This document shows, in pieces, positions 18,477 through 27,363 of a stretch of DNA of 64,000 bases (positions within the stretch are counted from its first letter, which is position 1; each line of letters begins with the position of its first letter). The stretch spans positions 32,001 through 96,000 of IMG/VR virus record IMGVR_UViG_3300032163_000003; one strand, written 5' to 3'. The position numbers and the translations under genes are program-made. A model generated the notes under the pieces. It was given only the letters and a program-made list of their open reading frames with translations. It had not been told where the DNA came from and made no database searches. The stretch is from a virus.

Positions 18477-19634
18477 TTATCTATGTTTCTCCTTTTCTTT
18501 AATTAGTCCGGCTTGCTTCAAAACTATTGTTCCTACCTTGGACATCATACCTTTGGGAAAGTAATTGCTCATGAACCGCATTGTTTGGTTTTTGTCCTTT
18601 GTTACATCAAATCCCTCAGCCTTTGCTTTAACCCAAACTTCGTTAACATTCTTTACTAGAAGCATGTGCTCATTCGCCCAATCCCAAATCTTTTTGATCT
18701 TTAGTCGAGACTTATTTATTATGTCTTGAGCAAACTCTTCCAGAAGAAGGGTTTCTAAATCATCAACAGTTGGATCTTCTTTGTCCTCAAAAACATTCAA
18801 GGCAGTATTTTTTAGAATCAGGATCGGAATAGAACCAGAAGCAGCCCAGTGAATCTTCTCAATCTCTTCTGGTTTACATTTGAACATTCTCCAAGAAGGT
18901 TCTCCAACATGGGCATATAAAACCATTCCTTCGACAAATAGATCTTCATTATTTATTGCTGACATAACTTCACGCAATTGGTTATATCCTTCTGTAAGTT
19001 TTTCCCTTGTAGGATTAACCATTTCTCCACCCTTTGTTGGAAGTTTTGCTCCATCTATAAGATTAACAAGATTTGGAGGTTTAATTGCTCCGTCTTTTCT
19101 TCTGACGCCAAACAAGAAGTTTACTTCTAGCGGAACTTGATACTTGATGGTTATTGGATTTCTGGAACCAAATAGTTCAAAAGAAAGATTGAAGTCTGGA
19201 TTTGCTTTAATCAATTCTTTAATCCACTTGTTCTCACTCATATATTCTATCCACATGGACTTAAAGGAGACCAAAGTTGAGTCTTTAACAATTTGAGTCA
19301 ACCTTGTTTTGTATGTAATGAATTCTTGTTCTTTGTAAGAATATCTATATTCGAGAATGTTAGTTCCGTCAAGTTTATCCCAGACTCTTACTTCCTGAAT
19401 ATCTGGCCAGTTATAAGTTCCTTGCTTATCAAATGGATAGTGAAGCTTTGGTGTTCCAAATATTACTTGCTCACAAGGTTCATCGTTGACTTGAAAAATA
19501 ACCAAAGCTCCATATCTATGGTCTGGCTTTACGCACATAAATCCAGACAGTTTGTTGTTATTGTTGAATGAATCCTCAGATTCGAATGGACTAATTTCTT
19601 TTGTATCAAGTATTTCAATCGCTCTTTCTTTCAT
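18477..19634 (-). CDS. ATP-dependent RNA ligase-like nucleotidyltransferase
   Basis: Motifs KLDGTN, FELFG, EGMVL, FKCK; no OB domain evident. Confidence 0.7.
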   Translation of the reverse strand: MKERAIEILDTKEISPFESEDSFNNNNKLSGFMCVKPDHRYGALVIFQVNDEPCEQVIFGTPKLHYPFDKQGTYNWPDIQEVRVWDKLDGTNILEYRYSYKEQEFITYKTRLTQIVKDSTLVSFKSMWIEYMSENKWIKELIKANPDFNLSFELFGSRNPITIKYQVPLEVNFLFGVRRKDGAIKPPNLVNLIDGAKLPTKGGEMVNPTREKLTEGYNQLREVMSAINNEDLFVEGMVLYAHVGEPSWRMFKCKPEEIEKIHWAASGSIPILILKNTALNVFEDKEDPTVDDLETLLLEEFAQDIINKSRLKIKKIWDWANEHMLLVKNVNEVWVKAKAEGFDVTKDKNQTMRFMSNYFPKGMMSKVGTIVLKQAGLIKEKEKHR

Positions 19635-19644
19635 TATAAAACCC

Positions 19645-20148
19645 CTATAACAACTCGTTTAATTTTTCGATCATATTATCTTTTATCTTCTGAAACAACC
19701 TAGATCTTTTAGTTGGTTTGGGTTCAGGTATAGAAACATTAGTAACTGGAGGCGAATACTGTGGAATACTAATACTCGGTGGATGAATTATAGGAACTCC
19801 GTGTTGTATAGACGGTGGAGGACTAGGTCCAGACTGGAAAATATAAGATGAAAATCCACTAGTACCCTGATATCCGCTTACACCAGTATGTCCAGAAACG
19901 CCCTGATATCCGCTTACACCAGTATGTCCAGAAACGCCCTGATATCCGCTTACTCCAAAGATACCATACATTGGTTTATAATCTTTAGATCCAGTTATAT
20001 TTGAAACCCAGTCTGTCTTTCCTTTTCCCCAACAACGCGGACACATTATGTCTGAGTCACCTACAGAAATTATTCCTTCTCCCTTGCACTTACTACACTG
20101 AACTAGAGCTTCCTCCGGACATTGCTGGTCCTGATTCGACATTATCAT
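19645..20148 (-). CDS. DnaJ-type zinc-finger family protein with Gly-X-Y repeat and Pro-rich tail
   Basis: CSKCKGEG...CPRCWGKGKTDW then (GVSGYQGVSGHT)n. Confidence 0.7.
   Translation of the reverse strand: MIMSNQDQQCPEEALVQCSKCKGEGIISVGDSDIMCPRCWGKGKTDWVSNITGSKDYKPMYGIFGVSGYQGVSGHTGVSGYQGVSGHTGVSGYQGTSGFSSYIFQSGPSPPPSIQHGVPIIHPPSISIPQYSPPVTNVSIPEPKPTKRSRLFQKIKDNMIEKLNELL
19865..19953. repeat. 36-bp tandem repeat, about 2.5 copies
   Basis: CCCTGATATCCGCTTACACCAGTATGTCCAGAAACG twice plus a partial copy. Confidence 0.9.
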
Positions 20149-20587
20149 TGCTAAATCCCTTTGATCCTCCCACTACGTTTTGGATCCAGTCGACATATCC
20201 ACGGCCTCTACACCTCACACATGTTCCAGATGTATGATTTCTTTTGTGAATTCGAAGAAACCAATATCTACTAGATTTTGGAGTCCAACCATTTCCGTTA
20301 CAAGTTTTACATATAATGTTACCTTGTTTTTTGATTCTTCTTTTGATTAAAAAATCTCTGAAATATGATTCTACGATTTCAAGAGTAATTTCACATATGA
20401 TTCCAAGTGAAATAATTAGTATTGTTTTGAATGGAATTGTAAGGGAAATAAACTTTCCATTCAAATCAAAATTAACACTCATACCAATTATCAAAGCGAC
20501 TAGTCCCCATCTTATAACTGCGGTGGTAATTCTTTCTCTTCTTGAAGGTATTCGGAAAGGTCTCATGTTGGCCCATTCAATTGGCAT
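20093..20587 (-). CDS. Membrane-anchored DnaJ-type zinc-finger family protein
   Basis: Two hydrophobic segments then CKTCNGNG...CVRCRGRGYVDW. Confidence 0.7.
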   Translation of the reverse strand: MPIEWANMRPFRIPSRRERITTAVIRWGLVALIIGMSVNFDLNGKFISLTIPFKTILIISLGIICEITLEIVESYFRDFLIKRRIKKQGNIICKTCNGNGWTPKSSRYWFLRIHKRNHTSGTCVRCRGRGYVDWIQNVVGGSKGFSNDNVESGPAMSGGSSSSV

Positions 20588-20617
20588 ATTTTTCTCCTAA
20601 TAAAAATTATTTATCTT

Positions 20618-20640
20618 TTCAATTAGAAATATATATATAG
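20618..20640 (-). promoter_or_regulatory. Candidate promoter TATATATAT-TTCTA-ATTGAA
   Basis: Matches the 13713 copy. Confidence 0.35.
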
Positions 20641-21330
20641 AATTTACAATCCATACCTTACGAACTTAAAATCTTCTTTTAAAATTTCTACCATCTGGTC
20701 ATAGTCGCCAAATTTATAGAAATCTTTTACAACTGGATCCTTGATTCCACCGTATGACAACATATAGTCTGCGTCAAGAACAGTTTCAATTACTTCGTCT
20801 TTTTTCATGACTACTTTGTTAATATTTTTTCCCTCTGCTTCAGCAGTACATTGAAGACAATCATACGCAATTGTTTGCCACGTTGCTTGTGCTGCTCTTT
20901 GAAATTCTTTTATTTGTTTTGGTGTAAGATTAAACCTTTTTCTTTCTTTCATTTTTCTCCTTTATACTTTTTAAGTCTTTAAGAGTTTCTTCAACAACAG
21001 TAATAATTTTACTTGGTCTAGTTTTTATAACTCTTCCTTTGACTTTACATTCTTTGACTTGATCCCAAAGGTGACTTCCAATAATACCAAGATCTTTCGC
21101 AGTTCCTTTTGCAACTTCTTTATACTTTCCTTTTTTAATCCGTAAACTTACAGTCCATACGTTTTCAGCGTTAATATTCCAGTCACCTTTTTCCAAAAAC
21201 GCGCAGTATCCATTTCTCATTTTTCGTTTACCTTTTCGAATGGACCAGTATGGACAATTACCTTTGTCACTATAACAATAGGATCCGCGGGGTATCAGTC
21301 TCTTATCTTTTTTCATTTTTTGATTTCCTT

Positions 21331-21966
21331 TTATAAATACCTGTAGCGGTATTTTCTCATAAATTTTCTGCCGTTTCCAGAGTTTTTAAACCTATAGTTT
21401 TTTGTTAGTGAGTGACAGTTTGGACAAACTAGTTCTAAATTTTCAGGACGATTGTGTTTCCAGATTCCATCTTTGTGATGTAACTCAATAGGAATTGTTT
21501 TATAATATGGATTTTCTTTATTCCATCCACATTTCATACATTTGTTTCCATAAGTTTCAATAAAGTATCGTTTTATATGACTAGACGCTCCACCCTTCTT
21601 AGTTCCAGTTATCTTACCTTCAAACCACTGTTTAATAAAAACTTTGTATTTATAATCGTTAAAACAGTGAAGATTACAAAATTTCTTTTTACATGAGAGT
21701 TGTTTTCCACAAGATAAACAGTTTAAGAACTTTCTTTTTATTACGCCAGAACCGCCCAACGATTTACTTATTTTTACTCTAGTTTCTCTTTTATGTTTTC
21801 TTCCTGGTGTATTGAATTTTGCAGCGCAAATTCTACTGCAGAACTTTGGATTTTTTGTTTCTTTTTTGCATAACAAACATTTTCTGGTAGAGGTGCTTGG
21901 GCTCGAACCAAGAACCTGTTTCTTATAAGGAAACTGCTCTACCACCGTTGAGCTACACCTCCTCAT
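21331..21966 (-). CDS. HNH homing endonuclease; reading frame runs through tRNA-Ile(TAT)
   Basis: KFCSRIC zinc motifs; CMKCG...IELHHKDG...NLELVCPNCH. Confidence 0.8.
   Translation of the reverse strand: MRRCSSTVVEQFPYKKQVLGSSPSTSTRKCLLCKKETKNPKFCSRICAAKFNTPGRKHKRETRVKISKSLGGSGVIKRKFLNCLSCGKQLSCKKKFCNLHCFNDYKYKVFIKQWFEGKITGTKKGGASSHIKRYFIETYGNKCMKCGWNKENPYYKTIPIELHHKDGIWKHNRPENLELVCPNCHSLTKNYRFKNSGNGRKFMRKYRYRYL
21885..21962 (-). tRNA. tRNA-Ile(TAT)
   Basis: Cloverleaf; anticodon arm GTTTC-CTTATAA-GAAAC; TTCGA T-loop; CCA. Confidence 0.9.
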
Positions 21967-21990
21967 TTTAGATCTCCCTTCTAATAGTCT

Positions 21991-22341
21991 TTAACCAAGG
22001 TTGTTTACATCTACGGCAAGTTTTTTGTTTGGAAGAACAACAGCTCTCATGTCATCTACGAATAATGTTCCGTGAACAATTTGTGCTATTTTTATTGTTT
22101 TTCTTTTTAGCTTCCTAAGATCTTCAAACTTTATATCTATTCCATCTAGACTTTGCCAAAAGTATTTTAATAGTTCTCCTTTTGACACTCCATATTCTCC
22201 TTCTGCATCAAAATATGGATCGTCCTCAAATATCCAATTTATAACTTTCGTTCCATTTTTGACGATAGCAAGAGATTTGTAACATGGCTCAGAACAAATA
22301 GATTTTATTATACAGTTGTTACATATTTTAAGGTATTTCAT
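21991..22341 (-). CDS. CxxC(I/L)(I/V)xxxC family protein
   Basis: ICNNCIIKSICSEPC. Confidence 0.6.
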   Translation of the reverse strand: MKYLKICNNCIIKSICSEPCYKSLAIVKNGTKVINWIFEDDPYFDAEGEYGVSKGELLKYFWQSLDGIDIKFEDLRKLKRKTIKIAQIVHGTLFVDDMRAVVLPNKKLAVDVNNLG

Positions 22342-22531
22342 CTTCCGGAATCTCCTTCTGAAATATCTCTTCTATCCAAATGATTTTCCCCTCTCCTTGA
22401 CATCTTGGACAATCACATCCTTCACAGCCAACACAACCCAAAGCCTCGGTTTTTGGCCTTAACTTTCCAGTACCTTTGCACATAGGGCAATCAATCATTC
22501 CTTCTTGTTTTTCAGTCATAAAAATCTCCAA
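22328..22531 (-). CDS. DnaJ-type zinc-finger family protein
   Basis: CPMCKGTG...CPRCQGEGKIIW. Confidence 0.65.
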   Translation of the reverse strand: MEIFMTEKQEGMIDCPMCKGTGKLRPKTEALGCVGCEGCDCPRCQGEGKIIWIEEIFQKEIPEDEIP

Positions 22532-22797
22532 TCCATATAATCACTCGGTTCTTCAATTCTAACATTAAAAAAATTTCTATCGTAATATAGTTTTAATGTT
22601 TTTGGAATTATCATTGATTTTTTAACTCCAACTACTTTTTCAACCCAGTCAATTTCTTGATGTCCACGACATTGTTTGCATAATATAATTTCTAAATCCA
22701 CTTCATTAAGAATCCTAAATCCTCGTCCATTACATCTATTACACTTTTCCTTTATTCTCAATTTCTTCATCGGTTCCTCGATTAGAAAGTATATCAT
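22516..22797 (-). CDS. DnaJ-type zinc-finger family protein
   Basis: CNRCNGRG...CKQCRGHQEIDWVEKVVG. Confidence 0.7.
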   Translation of the reverse strand: MIYFLIEEPMKKLRIKEKCNRCNGRGFRILNEVDLEIILCKQCRGHQEIDWVEKVVGVKKSMIIPKTLKLYYDRNFFNVRIEEPSDYMDWRFL

Positions 22798-23091
22798 AAT
22801 CTCTCTTGGTTACAAAATATCTCCTAGCACTTTTGTATGCTATAATCTTTTTGGGATATAACTTTCCGTGTTTGATCACAGCGATATATACTTCTACTTC
22901 TTTGTAAGATTTCAAATTACTTTCTTCTGTCTCGGTATTGAAATCACTTGCTAACCAGAAAAGTTTTTCTAACTCAGCAGCGGGATAACCCAGTTTAACT
23001 TCCATGCTGGCTATCCCAGACCACCAACTATTCGCCTCTCTTTCCAGAACGTCATGTCCTCTTTCAATTGTAGAAATTAAGATTTTCATTT

Positions 23092-23316
23092 TCATCCATC
23101 TTTCTTAACAAAGGTTTTTCCTTCTTTTACATAGTACTGACCTAGTCCCATACCAAGTCCGACACCATGAGTCTTAAAACATTTTTTACATAATATTCCC
23201 CACCGCCACCACTTTCTACACGGATCCATTTTGGTTTTAGCGTCGTAGAATTGATGCAAATCTTTTCTACCACATTCGTTGCATTTTGGGTCACTTCCTG
23301 ACCATATTTTTGGCAT
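23092..23316 (-). CDS. Conserved phage hypothetical zinc-binding protein
   Basis: FYDAKT...WGILCKKCFKTHGVGLGMGLGQYY. Confidence 0.6.
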   Translation of the reverse strand: MPKIWSGSDPKCNECGRKDLHQFYDAKTKMDPCRKWWRWGILCKKCFKTHGVGLGMGLGQYYVKEGKTFVKKDG

Positions 23317-23501
23317 TCTTTATTTCCTTCTTTCACACTTTATAGCCTCTCGTAAAACTTGTAATCCATATGGAAATCTCTCTTTATCGTTAATATCTAA
23401 AAGAATTGTTCTGTCCAGATTACCTATTACTGGAAAAGTTTTTCCTACTAAATCCTTAAAGTCCAAGCTTATATACTTTTCATTAACTATGGTTGCTTGT
23501 T

Positions 23502-23933
23502 TCATAGAGGTTCTTCTCCAGGATATTTCTTGAACATTTTTTTGTTTTGATTTCTTTTAGTTGGGATTGCATCTTCTGGATATACCTCGTCTCGATAGTA
23601 ATTGTCAAAAACTGCCTCTAGTTTATCAATAGCTTTAAGTATTCTATTATAATCAGATTTTTTATTAGTTTCACACTTTCTATGAAATTTCGCGAACTTA
23701 CAAATTTTGCAATCTCCATCAGTGTCAATGCAAAAGTAGCACGTATCTCCGTATAATGGAAATATTTCATGCGCTAATTTTAAAAGAAGATCTTTTTTAT
23801 GTTCCATTACTGACTCTACTGTTTTGCATTCTGAAATTTGTTCAATGTAAAAATCGAAAGTATTTTGCGCACACTCTTTACAATATTCAAGACCTCTTAC
23901 CATTTGCTTAAGAACGTTTTTCTTTACTTCCAT
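23502..23933 (-). CDS. Hypothetical Cys-rich protein (start MEVKK)
   Basis: SD AAAGGAG before ATG 23933; CYFC...CKIC. Confidence 0.6.
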   Translation of the reverse strand: MEVKKNVLKQMVRGLEYCKECAQNTFDFYIEQISECKTVESVMEHKKDLLLKLAHEIFPLYGDTCYFCIDTDGDCKICKFAKFHRKCETNKKSDYNRILKAIDKLEAVFDNYYRDEVYPEDAIPTKRNQNKKMFKKYPGEEPL

Positions 23934-23947
23934 TTCTTCTCCTTTTG

Positions 23948-24022
23948 CGGAAGCGGGGAAGGGACTCGAACCCTCGACTTCGTGGTTATGAGCCACGCGT
24001 TCTACCTCTGAACTACCCCGCA
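23948..24022 (-). tRNA. tRNA-Met(CAT), initiator-like 1:72 mismatch, no encoded CCA
   Basis: CGTGG-CTCATAA-CCACG; TGCGGGG acceptor. Confidence 0.85.
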
Positions 24023-24027
24023 CATTT

Positions 24028-24390
24028 TTATTTCCTCTTCGCTAATTTTTTCTGACACACTTTACAATTGTCTGGACTATTGTCATTACCCTCTTCTAAA
24101 TCTGGATTTCCAATAATCATCCACTTTTCACAGAGAGATATTTTCTTAACAAAGTAATGCCACTTTCTCGTATTAACTAACCAAGTCCATCCTTCTCTTA
24201 CATTATTAGGCATGGGATATAAACAACCTCCTGCTGCGGTTTTTCTATGTTTAAATCTAGTTAGTATTTTGATATGCTTTGCTAGAAGTTTCAAATGATT
24301 GTTAAAGAAGGGACAGTTCATTCGTTTATTACAAATCATACCAACAATACAAGTCTTACATGGTTTAGTTGGATATTTTGAAGTTTTCAT
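24028..24390 (-). CDS. CxxC(I/L)(I/V)xxxC family protein
   Basis: PCKTCIVGMICNKRMNC. Confidence 0.6.
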   Translation of the reverse strand: MKTSKYPTKPCKTCIVGMICNKRMNCPFFNNHLKLLAKHIKILTRFKHRKTAAGGCLYPMPNNVREGWTWLVNTRKWHYFVKKISLCEKWMIIGNPDLEEGNDNSPDNCKVCQKKLAKRK

Positions 24391-25082
24391 TTTTTCTTCT
24401 TTTTTGACTTAAGTATCTTCATCTCGTTATAGTTTTTTTCGTCTCTGATTTTTCTTTCTTCATGCATCTTATCGATTTCTTTTTGATGTTGTCTTTCTTT
24501 GAAGATTTTGTTATCTAACATTTTATCTCGCTCGTCTTCTGTAAAGTCATCAGAAAGAAACAATTGTACAAAATAAGAAAGTTCTTTTGAATCTTGCGGT
24601 AACTCTGGAAATATGTTCGCGCCACATTTTTTACATTTATATTTTATGTTTAGAACTGCGTATGAACTACAGGCACAATCGCCCTCCAACTCGGCGTCGA
24701 TGTTAACTTCTATATCTCCATCGCATTCAACCATGTCTGGTTCTGGAGTAAACCTACCTAGTGATATATAGTACCTCGGATAAATCTTTACTGCTTTTTG
24801 ATAGGGCGCTCCAGATCCTTTTTTTCTGGCGGGAATAAATTTTACAAATGATTTACATTTCATATTACTTCCTCTTTTTCTTCTTGTCTTCTATAATTCC
24901 CCCATCTTTGATTTTTACGACTCTATCTTCCTTTAAAACTAAATGATCTTTTTTAACTTTGACACTATTAATAAAACAAGCTTCATCCCAACCTGAAGAT
25001 AGATCTGTTCCTCTATAACGATCTTCGGATGTTTTTCCGCAAGCTAAACATACCCAGATAGTTTTCATAAAACTTTCTCCTT

Positions 25083-25271
25083 TTATTTTAATATGTTACT
25101 AGCGTATATTAGAAACAAGGTCGCGAATATGCCAACTATTTGAAAAAAAGCTTTTATATTATTTTTAACATTCTTTTTTCTTTCTAACTTAAAATAGAAC
25201 TTAGTATAATCATTACAATCCTTACTACAAATCTTTTGAATTAAGCAAGTATTACAAGGATTTATTATCAT
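25083..25271 (-). CDS. CxxC(I/L)(I/V)xxxC family membrane protein
   Basis: PCNTCLIQKICSKDC plus C-terminal hydrophobic helix. Confidence 0.6.
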   Translation of the reverse strand: MIINPCNTCLIQKICSKDCNDYTKFYFKLERKKNVKNNIKAFFQIVGIFATLFLIYASNILK

Positions 25272-25503
25272 AAGACTTTTTCCTCTTTAATTGTAAAGTA
25301 ATAAGGACCGGAGTCCCACTCAAGTATTTTTATCCCGTTCCATTTATCTGCTTTTCGTTTAGCGTACTTCTCGGCGTATGTTTTGGCTTTGTCTCTATCG
25401 CTAAATAGTTTAACCCACATAAAGTCAGTATGTTCGGAACCCATAGGACCGCCGAGAGAACCAGCGTTTTCACAGATTAGTAGATAGATTTTGTTCATTT
25501 CTT

Positions 25504-26127
25504 TCACCATGTTAAAGATTGTTCTTTCCGTTCTAATTTTCTTCCTAAGAAGAAGTTTGTAAATTCTAACATTGGATGCATTTTTATGAAGTTAATTTCA
25601 TAATTCCATTCATCTGTAATTAATTGTTTATTCTTTGATGTTCCTTTTGGTGTTCCTGGGGGTGTTGGTTTTCCTCTAACTCTTTTATATTCCTCTTCTG
25701 TTAACCAACCAAATAATTCAATTACTTTGTAGTCATCATAACATCCACCAAAAATCCAATAGTTTGGTTTCTGATCATATCCCCTTAGAGGTATTAAAAT
25801 ACTCCAATCTAACTGCTGGGAATAATAACCTCTTACTTTTTTCGAAAGAATATTTTTAGTTTTAACTTCAGTTTTAAATCCTTGAGTTATTACATCACAA
25901 TCGTAATCCACTCGATCTTCGATAAAATCACAATGTCTAATTCCCATCTTTCTTACCCAGTCTTCGAATCCAGTACATACATATGCATGTCTTTTGCTTT
26001 CACCAACTGGATCTTTTAAACCTTCTTTATTGAGAATGTTTTTTTGATACCGTCTTTCCGATATTTCTTGAATTTCTTTTGTAGTTGGGAAACGAATCAT
26101 TTGGTTCACGGATTGTATGTAGGACAC
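25504..26127 (-). CDS. PD-(D/E)XK nuclease-like protein
   Basis: DCDVI...TEVKT; FGW. Confidence 0.45.
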   Translation of the reverse strand: MSYIQSVNQMIRFPTTKEIQEISERRYQKNILNKEGLKDPVGESKRHAYVCTGFEDWVRKMGIRHCDFIEDRVDYDCDVITQGFKTEVKTKNILSKKVRGYYSQQLDWSILIPLRGYDQKPNYWIFGGCYDDYKVIELFGWLTEEEYKRVRGKPTPPGTPKGTSKNKQLITDEWNYEINFIKMHPMLEFTNFFLGRKLERKEQSLTW

Positions 26128-26147
26128 CTATTCTCCTTTCAAAGTTG

Positions 26148-26675
26148 TTAAAACGTCTGAATTCTATCCGCAGGCTCTAAAATCGAAGTCTTCAAACTTC
26201 CCGCTTCAGTTGCTTTTTTAACCCAGTCTAGATCCCGAACTTTTGCTTTTAACTCTGAGACATCATTTTCCAATTTATCAGTTGTGTCTTCTAAGTCGGT
26301 TGTTCTTGAATCTAGATCTTCTTCAACCGTTTCTCTATCATCTGCCGATCCTTCTAGTTTATCTACTTTTTCCTTGATCTCGTCTCCGTTACATTCCAGT
26401 TTATCTGTTTTTGATTCTAGATCATCTAGTCTGGAATCAAGGCTTTGAGTTGTTGTCTCAAGTTCTTCTACTTTACTTTCAGCATCGTCTAATCCAGATT
26501 CCAGATCATCTAATCTGGTTTCTGAGTTTTCCGATGTTGGTTGAACTTCATCTAAGGTTGACTCTAAGTCACTTACTTTTGACTCAGCATCATCTACTCT
26601 AGATTCCATATCTTCAATTCTTTTTTCCAAAGTGTCGATTCTTTGGAATAGTTCTGTTTTTTCTTCGTCTGTCAT
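26148..26675 (-). CDS. Acidic coiled-coil repeat protein
   Basis: Heptad repeats RLDDLES/KVSDLES/KTDKLE. Confidence 0.7.
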   Translation of the reverse strand: MTDEEKTELFQRIDTLEKRIEDMESRVDDAESKVSDLESTLDEVQPTSENSETRLDDLESGLDDAESKVEELETTTQSLDSRLDDLESKTDKLECNGDEIKEKVDKLEGSADDRETVEEDLDSRTTDLEDTTDKLENDVSELKAKVRDLDWVKKATEAGSLKTSILEPADRIQTF

Positions 26676-27363
26676 TGTTTCTCCTCAATCTTCTTGACCA
26701 GCTCTTCTGCTGTCAGCATATTTTACTGTTCCATGTTTTAAAGAAACTCGATATCCTCTCCATCTTAGTTCTTCAGCTACTTTTCTTGTGAAGTTTGGGG
26801 ATAGACTTGTTTCAATTGGCGCAATAAGTTTCTTTAATTTTCTTGATTTCATTCTAGGAATACTTTGTTCTAAATTGTTCATTGTTTCTCCTTCTTCGGA
26901 TACAGTATGGTTACCCAGTCGGAATATGCTTTGTTGAATCCAACCAGGTAACCGTACCAGTACCCGAATAGTGCGATTACAAGTAGTAGGATAGGTAGCA
27001 TATCAATTATTTTCTTGCTCTTCGAATATCAGTAAGAGAAAGCCCATCTAATTCAGTAAGATTTAATCTTTTGTTTATGTTAATTAAAGGTTCAATATTT
27101 GGATAATATGCAGCATTTTTTATCAACTGCTCAAGGAAGAACTTAGACTTGATTGGATCTGAAAGTCTAAAATTATCGACTGCGTCTTGAGTTCTTTGGT
27201 CTAAGTTTCCTTCTTTATTAGAGTCTCTAAATTCTCTATAAGTAGTTTCTAAAAATTCTTGTCTAAGTTTTTGAATATCCAGTCGAGGTGTTAAAAGGTC
27301 CTCTAAAAACTGACTAATTCTTTCCAGCTCTTTCTCTATTTTTTCACTCATTCTTCTTTCCTT

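Noticed and set aside
23934-24023. N-terminal extension of ORF 23502 through tRNA-Met
   Set aside because: A strong SD and ATG follow the tRNA, so the extension is probably an ORF-calling artefact, unlike the tRNA-Ile/HNH case
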